A model generated the notes under the pieces. The model was not told the DNA's origin. It was given only the letters and a program-made list of their open reading frames with translations, and searched no databases. From the human T2T-CHM13v2.0 reference genome, Homo sapiens: a DNA stretch of 64,000 bases. The position numbers were made by a program, and so were the translations under genes. Of this stretch, positions 38,890-52,459 are shown piece by piece; position 1 is the first letter of the stretch; every line of letters starts with the position of its first letter. The stretch is from assembly GCF_009914755.1 (NCBI RefSeq), contig NC_060930.1. One strand, written 5' to 3'.

Positions 38890-39320
38890 AATTTTAACTT
38901 CCTCTGTAAACCATACCCGCCCCCGTCTGCCCCACTTTTCTTAACCAAAACTTGACTCTACATCAGGAATACTGTTTCTCCTATAGCTCTCTCAGATAGA
39001 AGCTGTTTACTCTCACTCCTTTAAGACCATTATTTTTCTTCCTTATTGAATAAAAATCATTCTTATGTGTCTGGCAACTTCGTCTCTCTTTACAAGAACC
39101 ATAGAGCAATTTTGTGGTCATTCTCCTCACTCGAAAAAGACATAAGCACATGTCTTCTTCTTCACCCCAACTCCTGACATCACTTGACATAGCCTCAAGT
39201 TTGGCCGCTCAAATCTTTAGTCTTCTCATCTCCAATGTTCTTTCACTCTGTGCTACACTTGGTTACATCCCTGACCTCATCACCAACAGAAACCATACCA
39301 CGTGCAAGATTGGGAACTCA
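38890..39320 (+). mobile_element. L2 ORF2 endonuclease-region fossil
   Basis: pyrimidine-rich; ttaaccaaaacttgactc (xTETWL-like) and ggttacatccctgacctcatcacc (GHTLDLVIT-like). Confidence 0.55.
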
Positions 39321-39613
39321 ACTCAAGTGATAGCCAAAATTGGAAGCTATTGAACTTTGTGCTGATTCAGACAATGGGCACAGCTGAAAAAACTAGATGG
39401 AACAGATAAGACTTGATTGAAGCACGCGATAAAGGGCCCGAAGCCGCTCCTTGAAGAAGAGAGAACTGGAAGAGGAAGAGAAAAGCACTGGAACTGTAGG
39501 CTGAAGTTCTAGAAGGAGATAGGGCTACAACAGAGGTGAGAAGCGAGATCCCAGGGAAACTGATAAGCAAAGGGGATTTAAACTGTTTTGCTGTGACAAA
39601 AAATGTAATAATT

Positions 39614-39913
39614 ATTTTTTTTTTTTTTTTTTTTTTTGAGACAGAGTCTCACTCTGTCACCCAGACTGGAGTGCAGTGGTGCGATCTCAGCTCACCGCAA
39701 CCTCTACCTCCTGGGTTCAGGTGATTCTCCTGCCTCACCCTCCTGAGTAGCTGAGATTACCGGCATGCACCACCACACCCGGCTAATTTTTATTTTTAGT
39801 AGACATGGGGTTTCATCATGTTGGCCAGGCTGGCCTCGACCTCCTGACCTCAAGTGATCCTTCCACCTCAGCCTCCCAAGGTGCTGGTATTACAGGCGTG
39901 AGCTTCTTTGCCC
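39614..39913 (-). mobile_element. Alu (AluS-like)
   Basis: antisense dimeric Alu. Confidence 0.96.
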
Positions 39914-40329
39914 CTTTTTAAGCTATTTTAGTTCAAAATTTAAAATGCTTGTTATGCTTCCTTACATGTTGGACTGATGTTTCTTTTGAATGCAACACCA
40001 GGGTGAGACCAGGCAGCCCAACATTATTCAAGGTACACAAACACTCCCATCTTTGGCCTACCCTTCTCACTCACTTTTCATACAAGGAAAATTCTTTGAC
40101 TTGAGATCTCCAATCCCCTAAACTACGTCATCTTTTCTCTATAGTCATCAACTCCTTCCTATTTTCTAATTTCTTCCCAAGTTCAGAATGTGTGTCCAGT
40201 AGTTTAGTAATCCTCGACCTTGGATGGATGCCCACTGCAGACCTCTATGCCTCTGTGCCTGCATAATGCAGCTGTAATGGTGCTGGCGGGGATGCCCATA
40301 ATGCTGCAGATTTTTTTAGAATCTATGTT

Positions 40330-43300
40330 TATAAATAAGATGAGTCTGTCATATTTTACAATTACACTGTCATCTAATTTACATGAGTTTACTTTTTAAA
40401 TGAGATTTGGGGCATTCCTCTTTTTTCCTATTCTCTGGAAGTGTTTTATAGGATTTGAATTTTGATCATTAGATGTGTTTCCTTTTCCTTTTTTTTTTTT
40501 TTTTTTTGGTACAGTTGTAATTATGTTAGTCATCTCTTGGATGTGTTTTAGATAGAACTTTGTTAAAAACATCTGGGCCTAATAATTTCAGGCAGAAGTT
40601 TAAAGAAAAAGTAGATATTAACCCACTGATTCAATTTCTTTATTGGTTGTAAGTCTTTTCAGATTTCCCATTTCTACTTAAGTCAATTTTGGTATACATT
40701 ATTTTCTAGGAGATTGTCTGTTTTGAATATCTTTAAATTTATTAGCCTGAAGTTATTTATGTAACTCCCTTATTTTTATTTCTACATCTGTAACCATGTG
40801 CCTTTTTCATTCTTAACACTGTATATGTGTGCTATTTCTTTTTTGTCAGAAATTAATTTGTTTAGGTTTTTATTTTAAAGAACACTTCTTTATTGATTGT
40901 CCCTATCTTATCTTTATTATTTATGAATTTATGATCTTTAAAATGTTTTTCCTTCTACTTTTTTCGGGTTTTCTTGAATTGAATGCGTAGCTTGTCATTT
41001 CAGGCATTCTTTTTTAAAAAACAAACCTCTTAAAATATAAGTTACATACAATAAAATGCCCAAATTTTTATATTTCATTGAGTTTTGATGAATGTGTAAC
41101 CACCACTATAACCAATAAAGAGATCATTTCCAGTATGCCAAAATTCCCTTGTGCCCCTTTGCAGCCAACCTTCACCACTACCCTAGTCTGGTCCCAGGGA
41201 ACAATTGATCTGCTTTCTGTCATTATAAATTAGTTTGCCTTTTCTAAAATTTAATATAAGTGGAATCATACACATATTTTCTTCTGTCTGGCTTTTTTTT
41301 TTTTGCTTAGCATAATGTATTTGAAATTTATTCATCTTAAAATTTATCCATGTATTAGTAGTTCATTCCTTTTTATTACTGAGTAGTGTTCCATTCTACA
41401 AATTATATTACAGTTTATTTCACTTGCCTCTCAATGGGCATTCGGGTTATTTCCAGTTTGGGGCTGTTATGAATAAAGCTGGTATACATACTCGTATACA
41501 AATCATTTTTTGAATGCATGTTTTTATTTTTCATGAGTAAATACCAGAAATAAAATTGCTGAGTTATATGTTAAGTATATGTTTAACTTATAAGTAATTG
41601 TGAAATTCTTCTCCCAAATATTTATACAATTTTACAACTACTTTGGAAAACAGTGTTTGAGATTTCCAATTGCTCCATATTTTCACCAACACTTGGTATT
41701 TTCGGTCTTTTTTAATTATTCTCAATAATATTTAAAGTCATCTCACTGTAGTTTTAATTTACATTTCCCCAAAGTCTAGTGATGTTCAACAACTTATGTG
41801 ATCACTAGCCATTCATAAATCTTATCAATATGTGTTTTCCTCATTTTTTGTCTTATTATTGAGTCGTAAGAGTTATTTCTGTAGTCTAGATATAAGCCCT
41901 TTATTAAATATATTTTTGATACATAACTGAGAGAAAAAGAGAGGGAAAGTTTTGATATTAAACCTTTTCTATTGTTCTTTAATTAGTATTTTTAAAATTC
42001 CACTGTAATACATATTGACTCATGAGTTACTTACAAATGAATTTTGAATTTTCAAACATGTAGGTTCTTTTACATTATCTCTTTGTTATTGATTACTATC
42101 AATTGTATCGTGGTCAGAGAACATGGTCTGTTTTATGCTGGTTCTGAAATGTGTTCACATGTAATCATTTATGTTACTTTATGTGACAAATTTCACAAAT
42201 GTATGCTCAAGGCGAATCTGTATTCTCTGTTTGGTTCATATATACTTTTAATTGTGATCAATGTTAGATCAATATTTTTAATTGTGTTGTTAAAATCTTC
42301 CATATATGTATTATAACATAAAATCTTCCAGTACAACTATAAATGTGTAGGTTCTACTGTACATCTATCAGCTTTTGCCTTATGTATTTCCAGGTCTTAG
42401 TATTAGATGGACACAAGTTGAAAAATTTTAAATATTTCTGGTGAATGTTAGCTATTATCATGTAGTGAGTGTTATTTCCCTAATAATGTTTTTGGCCTTA
42501 AACATATGACCTTTTAAAAAGTATTAGTAATAGTATTTGCGTGCTGTATCTTCCTTTATCCTTTCACTTTGAATCTTTTTATGTGCTTTTGTTTTAGATA
42601 TGCCTCTTGTCAATACCATTGTATTAGTCTGTTCTCATGCTGCTAATAAAGACATACTGAGACTGGGTAATTTATAAAGAAAAGAGGTTTAATTGACTCA
42701 CAGTTCAGCATGGATGGGGAGGCCTCAGGAAACTTACAATCATGGCAGAAGGGGAAGCAAACAAGTCCTTCTTCACATGGCAGCAAAAAGGAGAAGAATG
42801 AGTGCCCAGCAAAGTGGGAAGCCCTTTATAAAACCATCAGATCTCATGAGAATGAACTATCATGAGAATAGGATGGGGGAACCACCCCCATGATTCAATA
42901 TCTCCACCTGGTCCCTCCCATGACGTGGGTATTATGGGAACTACAATTCACGATGAGATTTGGGTAGGGACACAGCCAAACTATATCAACCACCAAACTA
43001 AGTTGTTGTTTTTTTTTTTGATTCAATCTGGCAATTCTGTTTCTTTAGAAAAAATAGTTCCTTTACATTTATTGTGATTACATACACACCTACATATTGA
43101 GGTATAATTACCTAATGTAAAATATACAGTGTATAATTTGATGAGCTTTGACAAATGTATACCTTTGTAATCAACACAACAATCAAGATTATTCTATCCT
43201 AGAAATTTCTCTTAAGCTCCTTTCCCTTTATTCTCACTCTCGTCACAGAAACAAGCACTATTCTGATTTCTTTCCCTGTGGTTTAGTTTGGTCTGTTTTG

Positions 43301-44075
43301 GGACTTCATATAAATTGATTATTTATGTCTTTTTTGGACTGTCTTCTAATACTTAGCCTATTTTTTTGAGATTCATACCCATTGTTGCATGTATCAGAAG
43401 TTTATTGTTTTATTGCTGAGTAGTATATTATATGAATATAGTCACATATTTTTATCAGTACCATTTCATCTTTTGCTTTTAATTTACTTGCCTATTCTGT
43501 CCTTCTTTTGATTCATCATGTCTTTCATCCATTTTTTTCCCCATCAACTAGTTTGGGAGTTACATACTTTATTTCTATTCTTTCAGTAGTAATCATTAAT
43601 AATTTAACATGCACACTAACAAAATGTAAAATTACTGAATACCTCTCATCTCCTCTTGAACAATACAAGTAGCTTAGTACACTTTATTTTCAATATTCAC
43701 TTCTCATTTTACAGGTGTTTTGTCCAGCATTTTAGCTCCATCTTGTTTTCTGAAATTCCCAAATTATAATAATTATTGTTTCATACACTGAAGTTTAGTT
43801 TAGACTTATACATGATAACTAAGTTTTTTTGCTCACTATTTGTTTTTATTTGGCAGATTCTTAAGGGGTCATGGTTTCTTGTAAGACATCTTTTTAAAAT
43901 TCCCTTAGTGATACTAGTGGTACACTCAGTTTTGTTTATTCAAAATTATTTACTTTGCCTTCATTTTTGAATAACATTTTTAAAATAATATTTTTAAAGA
44001 GAGATGTAATTCTTGTTCAAGAATAATTTTTTCTCAACAATTTGCAAATATTCTAGTCTTTTGGCTTCCATTTTT
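40330..44075 (-). mobile_element. Ancient L1M/L1ME fragments (ORF2/ORF1 region plus nested 3'-end pieces at ~41030-41920 and ~43090-43450)
   Basis: T-rich antisense L1 motifs (ccatctgggcct-like, tggaatcata, ttccagtttggggctgttatgaataaagctg, gtggtcagagaacatg). Confidence 0.7.
42620..42988 (-). mobile_element. THE1 (THE1C/D-like) solo LTR
   Basis: tgtattagtctgttctcatgctgctaataaagacata...gatttgggtagggacacagccaaactatatca; 5 bp TSD accat/accac. Confidence 0.92.
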
Positions 44076-45013
44076 GAATAAATAATTTAAATTTTAATTG
44101 ACATTATAATTGTACATATTTATGGGTACAGTTTGATGTTTTGATACATATATGTTGTATAATTATTCAATCAGATAGTATATGCATCATCTCATGAATT
44201 TGTCATTTATTTGTGTCAAGAATATTCATTTGGTAATATATGGTATTTTACTATTAACCAAAGTCACCCTCCTGTGAAACAGAATACCAGAATTTATTCC
44301 TTCTATTTAATTGTAACTTTCTACTCATTGACCAACCTCTCCTCATCCTCCCCTCCTCAGTCTGTGGTAACCAGTGTTTCATGGTTCTACATTCTACTTC
44401 TATGATATCAACTTTTTAGAAAAAATTTCACCTATGAGTGAGATCACGTAGTTTTTGTCCTTCTGTGTTTGGCTTACTTCATTTAACATGATATCCTCCA
44501 GGTTCATGTTGTCACAAATAATATCACTTCTCTCTTTTTAAAGGCTGAATAGTATTCTATTTTGTATATATATCACATTGTATTAATTCATTCATCCATT
44601 GCTGGACATTTAGGTTCAGTTCATATCTTGGCTATTGTAGATAGTGCTACAGTAAACATGGGAGTGTAGATTTCTCTATGACATACTAATTTTATTTCCT
44701 TTTAATATATACCCAGTTGTAGGGTTGCTGGATCATATGGTGGCTCTATTTTTAATTTTTTCAGGAGCCTCCATACTGTTTTCCATAGTGGTTGTACTAG
44801 TTTACAATCCCACGAACACGTGCAAGTGTTCCTTTTTCTCCACATCTGTGCCAGCACTTGCTTTACTTTGTCTTTTTGGTAGTAGACATTCTAACTGGAG
44901 TGAAGTGGTATCTCATTGTGGTTTTGATTTGCATTTCCCTGATGATTAGTTATGTTGAGCTTTTTTTAAATACCTGTTGGTCATTTGTATGTCCTTAGAT
45001 AAATATCTATTAA

Positions 45014-45343
<330 letters not shown>

Positions 45344-46844
45344 TCTTTTGTCTATTTTTAAATTGGGTTATCTGGTTTTTGGTTTTTGTTTTGTTTTGTT
45401 TTTTTTGCTGGAAAGTTGTTTAAATTCCTTATGTATTCTGGATATTAACCTCTTGTCAGATAGATAATTTACAAGTATTTTCTCTCATTCTATAGGTTGT
45501 TTCTTCATTCTGTTAATCGTTTCCTTTGCTATGCAAAATTTTTTTAGTTCAATGTAATCCCAACTGTCTATTTTTGCTTTTGTTGCATGTGCTTTTGAAG
45601 TCATATTTAACAAATTTATGCCCAGCCCAATGTCATGAAGCATTTTTTCTATGTTTTCTTCTAGTATGGTTTCAGTTTTTGGTTTCACATATAAGTGTTT
45701 AATTCACATTGACCTGATTTTTGTGTATGTTGAAAGATAGAATATAGTGTCATTCTTCTGCATGTGAATATCTGATTTTCCCACCACAAAATTTATTGTA
45801 GAGACTGTCTTTTCTCCAATGTGTGTTCTTGGCACCTTTGTTGAAAGTCAGTTGGGTGTAGGTGTATAAATTTATTTCTGGACTTTTTATTCAGTTTCAT
45901 TGGTTTATGTGTCTGTTTTTATGTCAGTACCATGCTGTTTAAGTTATGATAGCTTTATCACATATTTTGAAATCAGGCTGTGTAATGTCTCCAACTTTTT
46001 TCTTTTTATTCAGGTTTGCTTTGGCTATTTGAGGCTTCTGTGGTTTTATATGAATTTTATGATTTTTTTTCCTATTACTATGAGGAATGTCATTGGCATT
46101 TTGATAGGGATTGCATTAAACTGTAGAGCATTTTGGGTAGTGTGGCCATTTTAACAATATTAATTCTTCTAATTTATGAACACATGGTATCTTTTCATTT
46201 ATTTGTGTCTTCTTCAATTTCTTTCATTGAAGTTTTATAGTTTTCATTGCAGAGTTCTTTCGTCTCCTTGGTTAAGTTTATTCCTAGGTATCTTTTTTAT
46301 CTGTAGCTATTGTAAATGGAACCTCTTTTTAAATTTATTTTTCAAGTAGTTCACTATTAGTGCATAGAAATGCTACTCATTTTTGTATGCTAATTTTGTA
46401 TCCTGCAACTTTTCTGAATTTTTAAAATTAGTTCTACAGTCTTTGGTGATGTCTTTGGGGTTCTCTCTATATACAATTATGCCATATACAAACAGGGACG
46501 ATCTGACTCTCTCTTTTCCAATTTGGGTGTCTTTTATTTCTGTACCTTGGCTAATTGCTCTGGCTAGGACTTACAATACTACATTGAATAAAAGTGGTAA
46601 AAATGGTCATACTTGTCTTGTTCCTGTTCAATATAATGTTAGCTATGAGTTTTCCATATATGGCCTTTCTCGTGTTGAGGTACAGAACTTCTGTTCCTAA
46701 TTTCTTGAGAGTTTTCATCATGAAGGATGTTGAATTTTGTCAAATGCTTTTTCTGTGTCTATTGAAATAATCATTTGGTTTTTGTTAAATCATGCTTGCA
46801 TCCCTGAGATGAATCTCACTTGATCATAGTGAATGATCTTTTTA

Positions 46845-46960
46845 TTTTTATTTATTTATTTATTTTTTATTATACTCTAAGTTTTAGGGTACATGTGCAC
46901 ATTGTGCAGGTTAGTTACATATGTATACATGTGCCATGCTGGTGCACTGCACCCACTAAT
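46845..46960 (-). mobile_element. L1HS-Ta, severely 5'-truncated (~116 bp incl. tail)
   Basis: minus strand reads ACAttagtgggtgcagtgcaccagcatggcacatg...cctaaaacttaGagtataat; 16 bp TSD gtgaatgatcttttta at 46829-46844 and 46961-46976. Confidence 0.85.
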
Positions 46961-47214
46961 GTGAATGATCTTTTTAATGTACTGTTGGATTCAGTTTGCT
47001 AGTATCTGGTTGAGAATTTTTGCATCTAGTTTCCTCAGGGATATTGGCCTGTAGTTTTCTTTTCTTATTGTGTTCTTTCCCAGTTTTGGAATCTGAATAA
47101 TGTTGGCCTTATAAGATGAGTTTGAAAGTATTCCTCTTAAATTTTCTGAAATTAGTTTGAGAAGTGGTATTAGTTCTTTTTTAAATATTTGGTAGAATTC
47201 AGCAGTTTTCAAGT

Positions 47215-48420
47215 CTTTACCTACAGTTGAACTGTGGATGTTTTCCCTTTTCTTTCTAATTGCCTTTAAGAACTATTTGTCTCTCTGTTCTGCTCATACA
47301 GTGAATCTTGGTAGGATTTTTTTTTTATTGTTCCTTTTCTTGTCCTTTCTAAATCTGATGATTTATTGTCTTTGCTTCTAGAAAATTCTTAGCCTTTGAT
47401 ATTTTGAATATTCTCTGTCTCATTCTCTTTTTCTGGAACTTTATTTAGACACATGGTAAAACTCATTTTTCAGTATCTCTTACTCTCTCTTTATATTTTC
47501 TATTTCTTTCATTCTTTCTGTAAGTTTCCTTAAGTTTCATATCTTGTAGTTCACTAGTCTCTCTTTAGCTCTGGCTAATCTTTTGCTTTAATTATTTCAT
47601 TCAGTTTTTAATTTCAAAGATTATATTTTTCACATCTAGAAGTTCACTTTAATTACTTTCTCCTCACATTTTTCTATTCTGCCTTCTAATTCCTTAAATA
47701 ATTTAATTTAATATTAAATTATTTTGGTCCTACTTCTGCTGATTATAATGCTGGCTGTCACTCATAGTGACTTGTGTTTTGTAATTTCTATTGTTTTTAT
47801 AATTTTCTATTATAAACTCATTGTCATCCCAGTGACTTTAACGGTAGAAATTCTGTGAGGTTGAGTTAAAAGCATGTCTCTCCAGAGCAGATTTATTTTT
47901 CTTCTACCAAATGCCCTAAGATGACTTTAAGTTAATTTCTTAGTGTGAGGATTTATGGACCTTGTGAATAGCATAAATGCAAAGCCAACGCTTACATGAG
48001 GACTGACACATTGTTATGAAGTCTCAGAGGTGACTTTTTTCCATGTAGAGTACAGGTTGAGTTAGATACATTTCCTTTTGATGAAAGGCAAAGATGTAGA
48101 AATTTGAGGCACTCAGGTTTATATGGAGATATCAGTTCTAACTCCCCACCTCACATGGGCCAAAGCCTAGTCTCTCCACTGGGCTAAGCCATTCAAATCC
48201 TACTGTCTTCATTAATGAGATTTGTAAATATCTTTGAGGTAGCTGTAGCTTCAGTTTTGCTTTATCACCCTGATTATTTTTAAATTTATGATCATTGGGA
48301 TTGCTCTTACTTTCTTGACAGTTCAACATGACATCTAGCAAGATAGCTGTTATATTTTACAAAGCACTTTAAAGTGTTGGTATTGGAAGGTTTGCAGAAT
48401 ATCTAGTTAATTATGTTGCT
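47215..48420 (-). mobile_element. Ancient L1ME/HAL1-like ORF1/5' region (continuation)
   Basis: T-rich antisense ORF1-like sequence (gaaaattcttagcc, tctggaact, ttttcacatctagaagttc). Confidence 0.55.
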
Positions 48421-48429
48421 GAAAATTGC

Positions 48430-48680
48430 AATTACCATTAACTCTTCAACCCATATCTATGGATCTTCCACCTCTACGATTTATTAAAACTGTTCTTGCC
48501 AAGGACACCTCCATGTTGACAAACTTCATGTACAGTGTTCAGCCTCACCTTACTAGGCCTCTGAAAGATATTCAACATATGCAACCATTTCTTCATTCTT
48601 GATGTACTTTATTTTCCCATGCTCTTAGTTTTTCTCCTAACTCTCTGGGTACCTCTTCTTAGTCTTCTTTGCCCGTCTAA
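48430..48680 (+). mobile_element. L2 RT-region fossil
   Basis: aaactgttcttgccaagg..acctccatgttg.caaa...cctcaccttactaggcctct..attcaaca (ETALxKV..DL..LLDLS.AFD-like). Confidence 0.65.
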
Positions 48681-48817
48681 TCAATCCAAACCTAAAGTTT
48701 TAAAATTATCCTTATAAATATTGTAATAAATAAGATGAGAGAAAAACTCAAAATGTTATAATAAGCAGCATATGTTTCAGGAGTCTTCAGTACACTGCCA
48801 GCTAATGCTTATTGTGA

Positions 48818-49136
<319 letters not shown>

Positions 49137-49269
49137 CTTATTATCATTTTTATGTAAAGTTAATTGTCATGACAGTAAGTTAATCATAAAGTGAAGCTGA
49201 AGTTTAACATAGTTTGGCTTCACCATGCAGAACTATTCTGCCCTATAACGAAGAGGAATTACCTTTTTG

Positions 49270-49460
49270 CTTAAGAGTGTGAACTCTAAAGCTATACTAC
49301 CTCATTTCAAATTCCTGCTGCACTACTTTCTAGCTTGATGATCCAAAGCATGTACTTTAACCCTTCTGTGCCTTGGGTTCCTCATCTATGAAATAGAAGA
49401 AATTAGAGTACCACCTAGATTTGTCAAAAGAATTGAGGACATACTTAGTCCCTGGCACAT
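49270..49460 (+). mobile_element. MIR (interrupted by Tigger MITE)
   Basis: tttaacccttctgtgccttgggttcctcatctatgaaat. Confidence 0.75.
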
Positions 49461-49461
49461 A

Positions 49462-49819
49462 CAGGTTGAATACCCCTTAACCAACATGCTTGGGACTAGA
49501 AGCATTTCGGATTTTGAATTTTTTCAGATTTTGGAATATTTGCATATACAAAATAAGACATCTTGGGGATGAGACTCAAGCCTAAACCAAAATTGATTTA
49601 TGTTTTAGATCACCTTATATACATAGCCTAAAGGTAAATTTTATTTTCCATTGGGAATGCTGAATAAACTGTGTGTTGTGTAACTGCTTTTTGACTGTGC
49701 CCCGTCACATGAGGTCAGGGCTGGAATTTTTCATTTATGGCATTATGTCAATGCTGAAGTAGTTTTGTATTTTTGAGCATTTTAGATTTTAGCTTTTCAG
49801 ATTATGGATGCTCAACCTG
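49462..49819. mobile_element. MER46C-like (Tigger4) MITE, complete
   Basis: TIRs caggttgaatacccct / ggatgctcaacctg with TA on both flanks. Confidence 0.88.
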
Positions 49820-50109
49820 TACTAAGCACTGTATAACTGCTATCTTTTAAGATTCTTTACACTATTACATTGACCTCTGTACTCTCCAGGTACAGCTAAT
49901 GGGAGTAAAGAATTCTGAACTGTTCAAATAATTTTGACACAGAGATTGAGATAGCCAGGTATATTTCTGGACGCCCCATAAATGAGTTAGTCTCAGCTAC
50001 TGCTGAGTCGCTTGCTACGTGCTTTGGAAACTCATACAGAATGCAAAGAAGCAAAAAGAGTAACTAGGAAGTCTCTAACTTTTTCATTTGTCCTAATGAA
50101 AATCATTAG

Positions 50110-50514
<405 letters not shown>

Positions 50515-51271
50515 GTTAATGAGAATTTTCTAAGCATAGCTGGCCCTCCAAGACACTTCGCTGAGATATTCCTAAGTATTTCATCTCAGGGCATTTCTGG
50601 GAACACTGGCATTTCACCATAGCTGAGACCATAACACCACCAGTTTCCACTGTGCAATCTGCCACAGCAAAACAGCAGAGAACTATCAGGAAGGCACAGT
50701 CAGCTTTGCTTGAGTGCCAATAAGCAAAACCTGGTGGCTGCCATGCTGGATCACTCTGCCACGCCTGGTTACCAGGATAACTTGAAAGTACCTGTGAGGT
50801 TTTCCCTGAGCTTTCAAATGTGGTCCAGGATAAATTCGGAGAACTTCTAAATGACCTGAGGTTTCACAATAATCCTTATTGGGTAAAAACAGGGGAGCAG
50901 GTCAAATCTGTATTCTCTCCCTCCTCCCATGTCTAATCTGTCTTGACTGTGATAGGCTGTGAGGACCCAGACCCAAGAATGAGGACTCCCAAAATATACT
51001 ACTACAAACAAATATGAAGGGAGGTATCCCAAAGCTGGAAGAAACCTGGCACAAACACTTTGACCCTAAAAGAATACACCAGCCTCAGAATGTGCTTGCT
51101 TACAGGGGACACCAAGCACGTATAAGCACCTACAGGGCCAGGTAGATAATAGAAAGCAGTAAGGAGAGGGTAGGTAGGTGGGAAATTGGAGAGTGCTTTA
51201 TCTGAAGTGGCTGCAATTGATCAGCTTCAGAGAAATGTTACCCAACCAACAAAGGTCCAAAGCTAATCTAA

Positions 51272-51559
<288 letters not shown>

Positions 51560-52089
51560 TAATCTAATTCTTTAAGAAAAGCTAGAGGTCAAATTGTTCT
51601 CTGAAATCTCTCAATTTTGAAATGTTGGTAACTATTTTAAATTGGTCAAAAACTTACATCTGCAGGTCATATTTGGCTCGTGGCTGTCAATTTATCACCC
51701 ATGTTTTAGAACAAGGGTTCCTGACCCTTTTATAATGCACCATGTTGCCACAGCCTAGGGCATGGCCACATTCTCTGTGACCAAGGGACATAAGAGCGCT
51801 TATACACTGCAGGAAAGGCATGCTGGAACACCACGCTCCCTAGCGAGGATTGGTGCAACCAGGAATGGAGAAAAACTGTTATTCCCCCTACACACAAATG
51901 TCTTCTTTTTTTTCCTACTTCATGCTTATTATTATCATTCTTCCTAAATTCTTTTAGAAAGAAAAAACATGCATCGTATTTCTATATCTTTATATTGTTA
52001 TTTTATGTATTCATCATAATTAAATGTATGTATACCTGTGTCTTCCAAAATTGTGAACACCTTAAAACACTTAGAATTACAAGTGCCTT

Positions 52090-52459
52090 CATATACACCA
52101 TGGAATACTATGCAGCCATAAAAAATGATGAGTTCATGTCCTTTGTAGGGACATGGGTGAAGCTGGAAACCATCATTCTCAGCAAACTATCGCAAGGACA
52201 AAAAACCAAACACCACATGTTCTCACTCATAGGTGGGAATTGAACAATGAGAACACATAGACACAGGAAGGGGAACATCACACACTGGGGCCTGTTGTGG
52301 GGTGGGGGGAGGGGGGAGGGATAGCATTAGGAGATATACCTAATGTTAAATGACGAGTTAATGGGTGCAGCACACCAACATGGCACACGTATACATATGT
52401 AACTAACCTGCACATTGTGCACATGTACCCTAAAACTTAAAGTATAATTAAAAAAAAAA
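52090..52459 (+). mobile_element. L1PA3/4-like 3' end (5'-truncated)
   Basis: ORF2 C-terminus (YTMEYYAAIKNDEFMSFVGTW.KLETIILSKLSQ), G-rich 3'UTR, GAG-type gacgagttaatggg, aaacttaaagtataat; TSD agaattac(a/c)agtgcctt. Confidence 0.93.
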
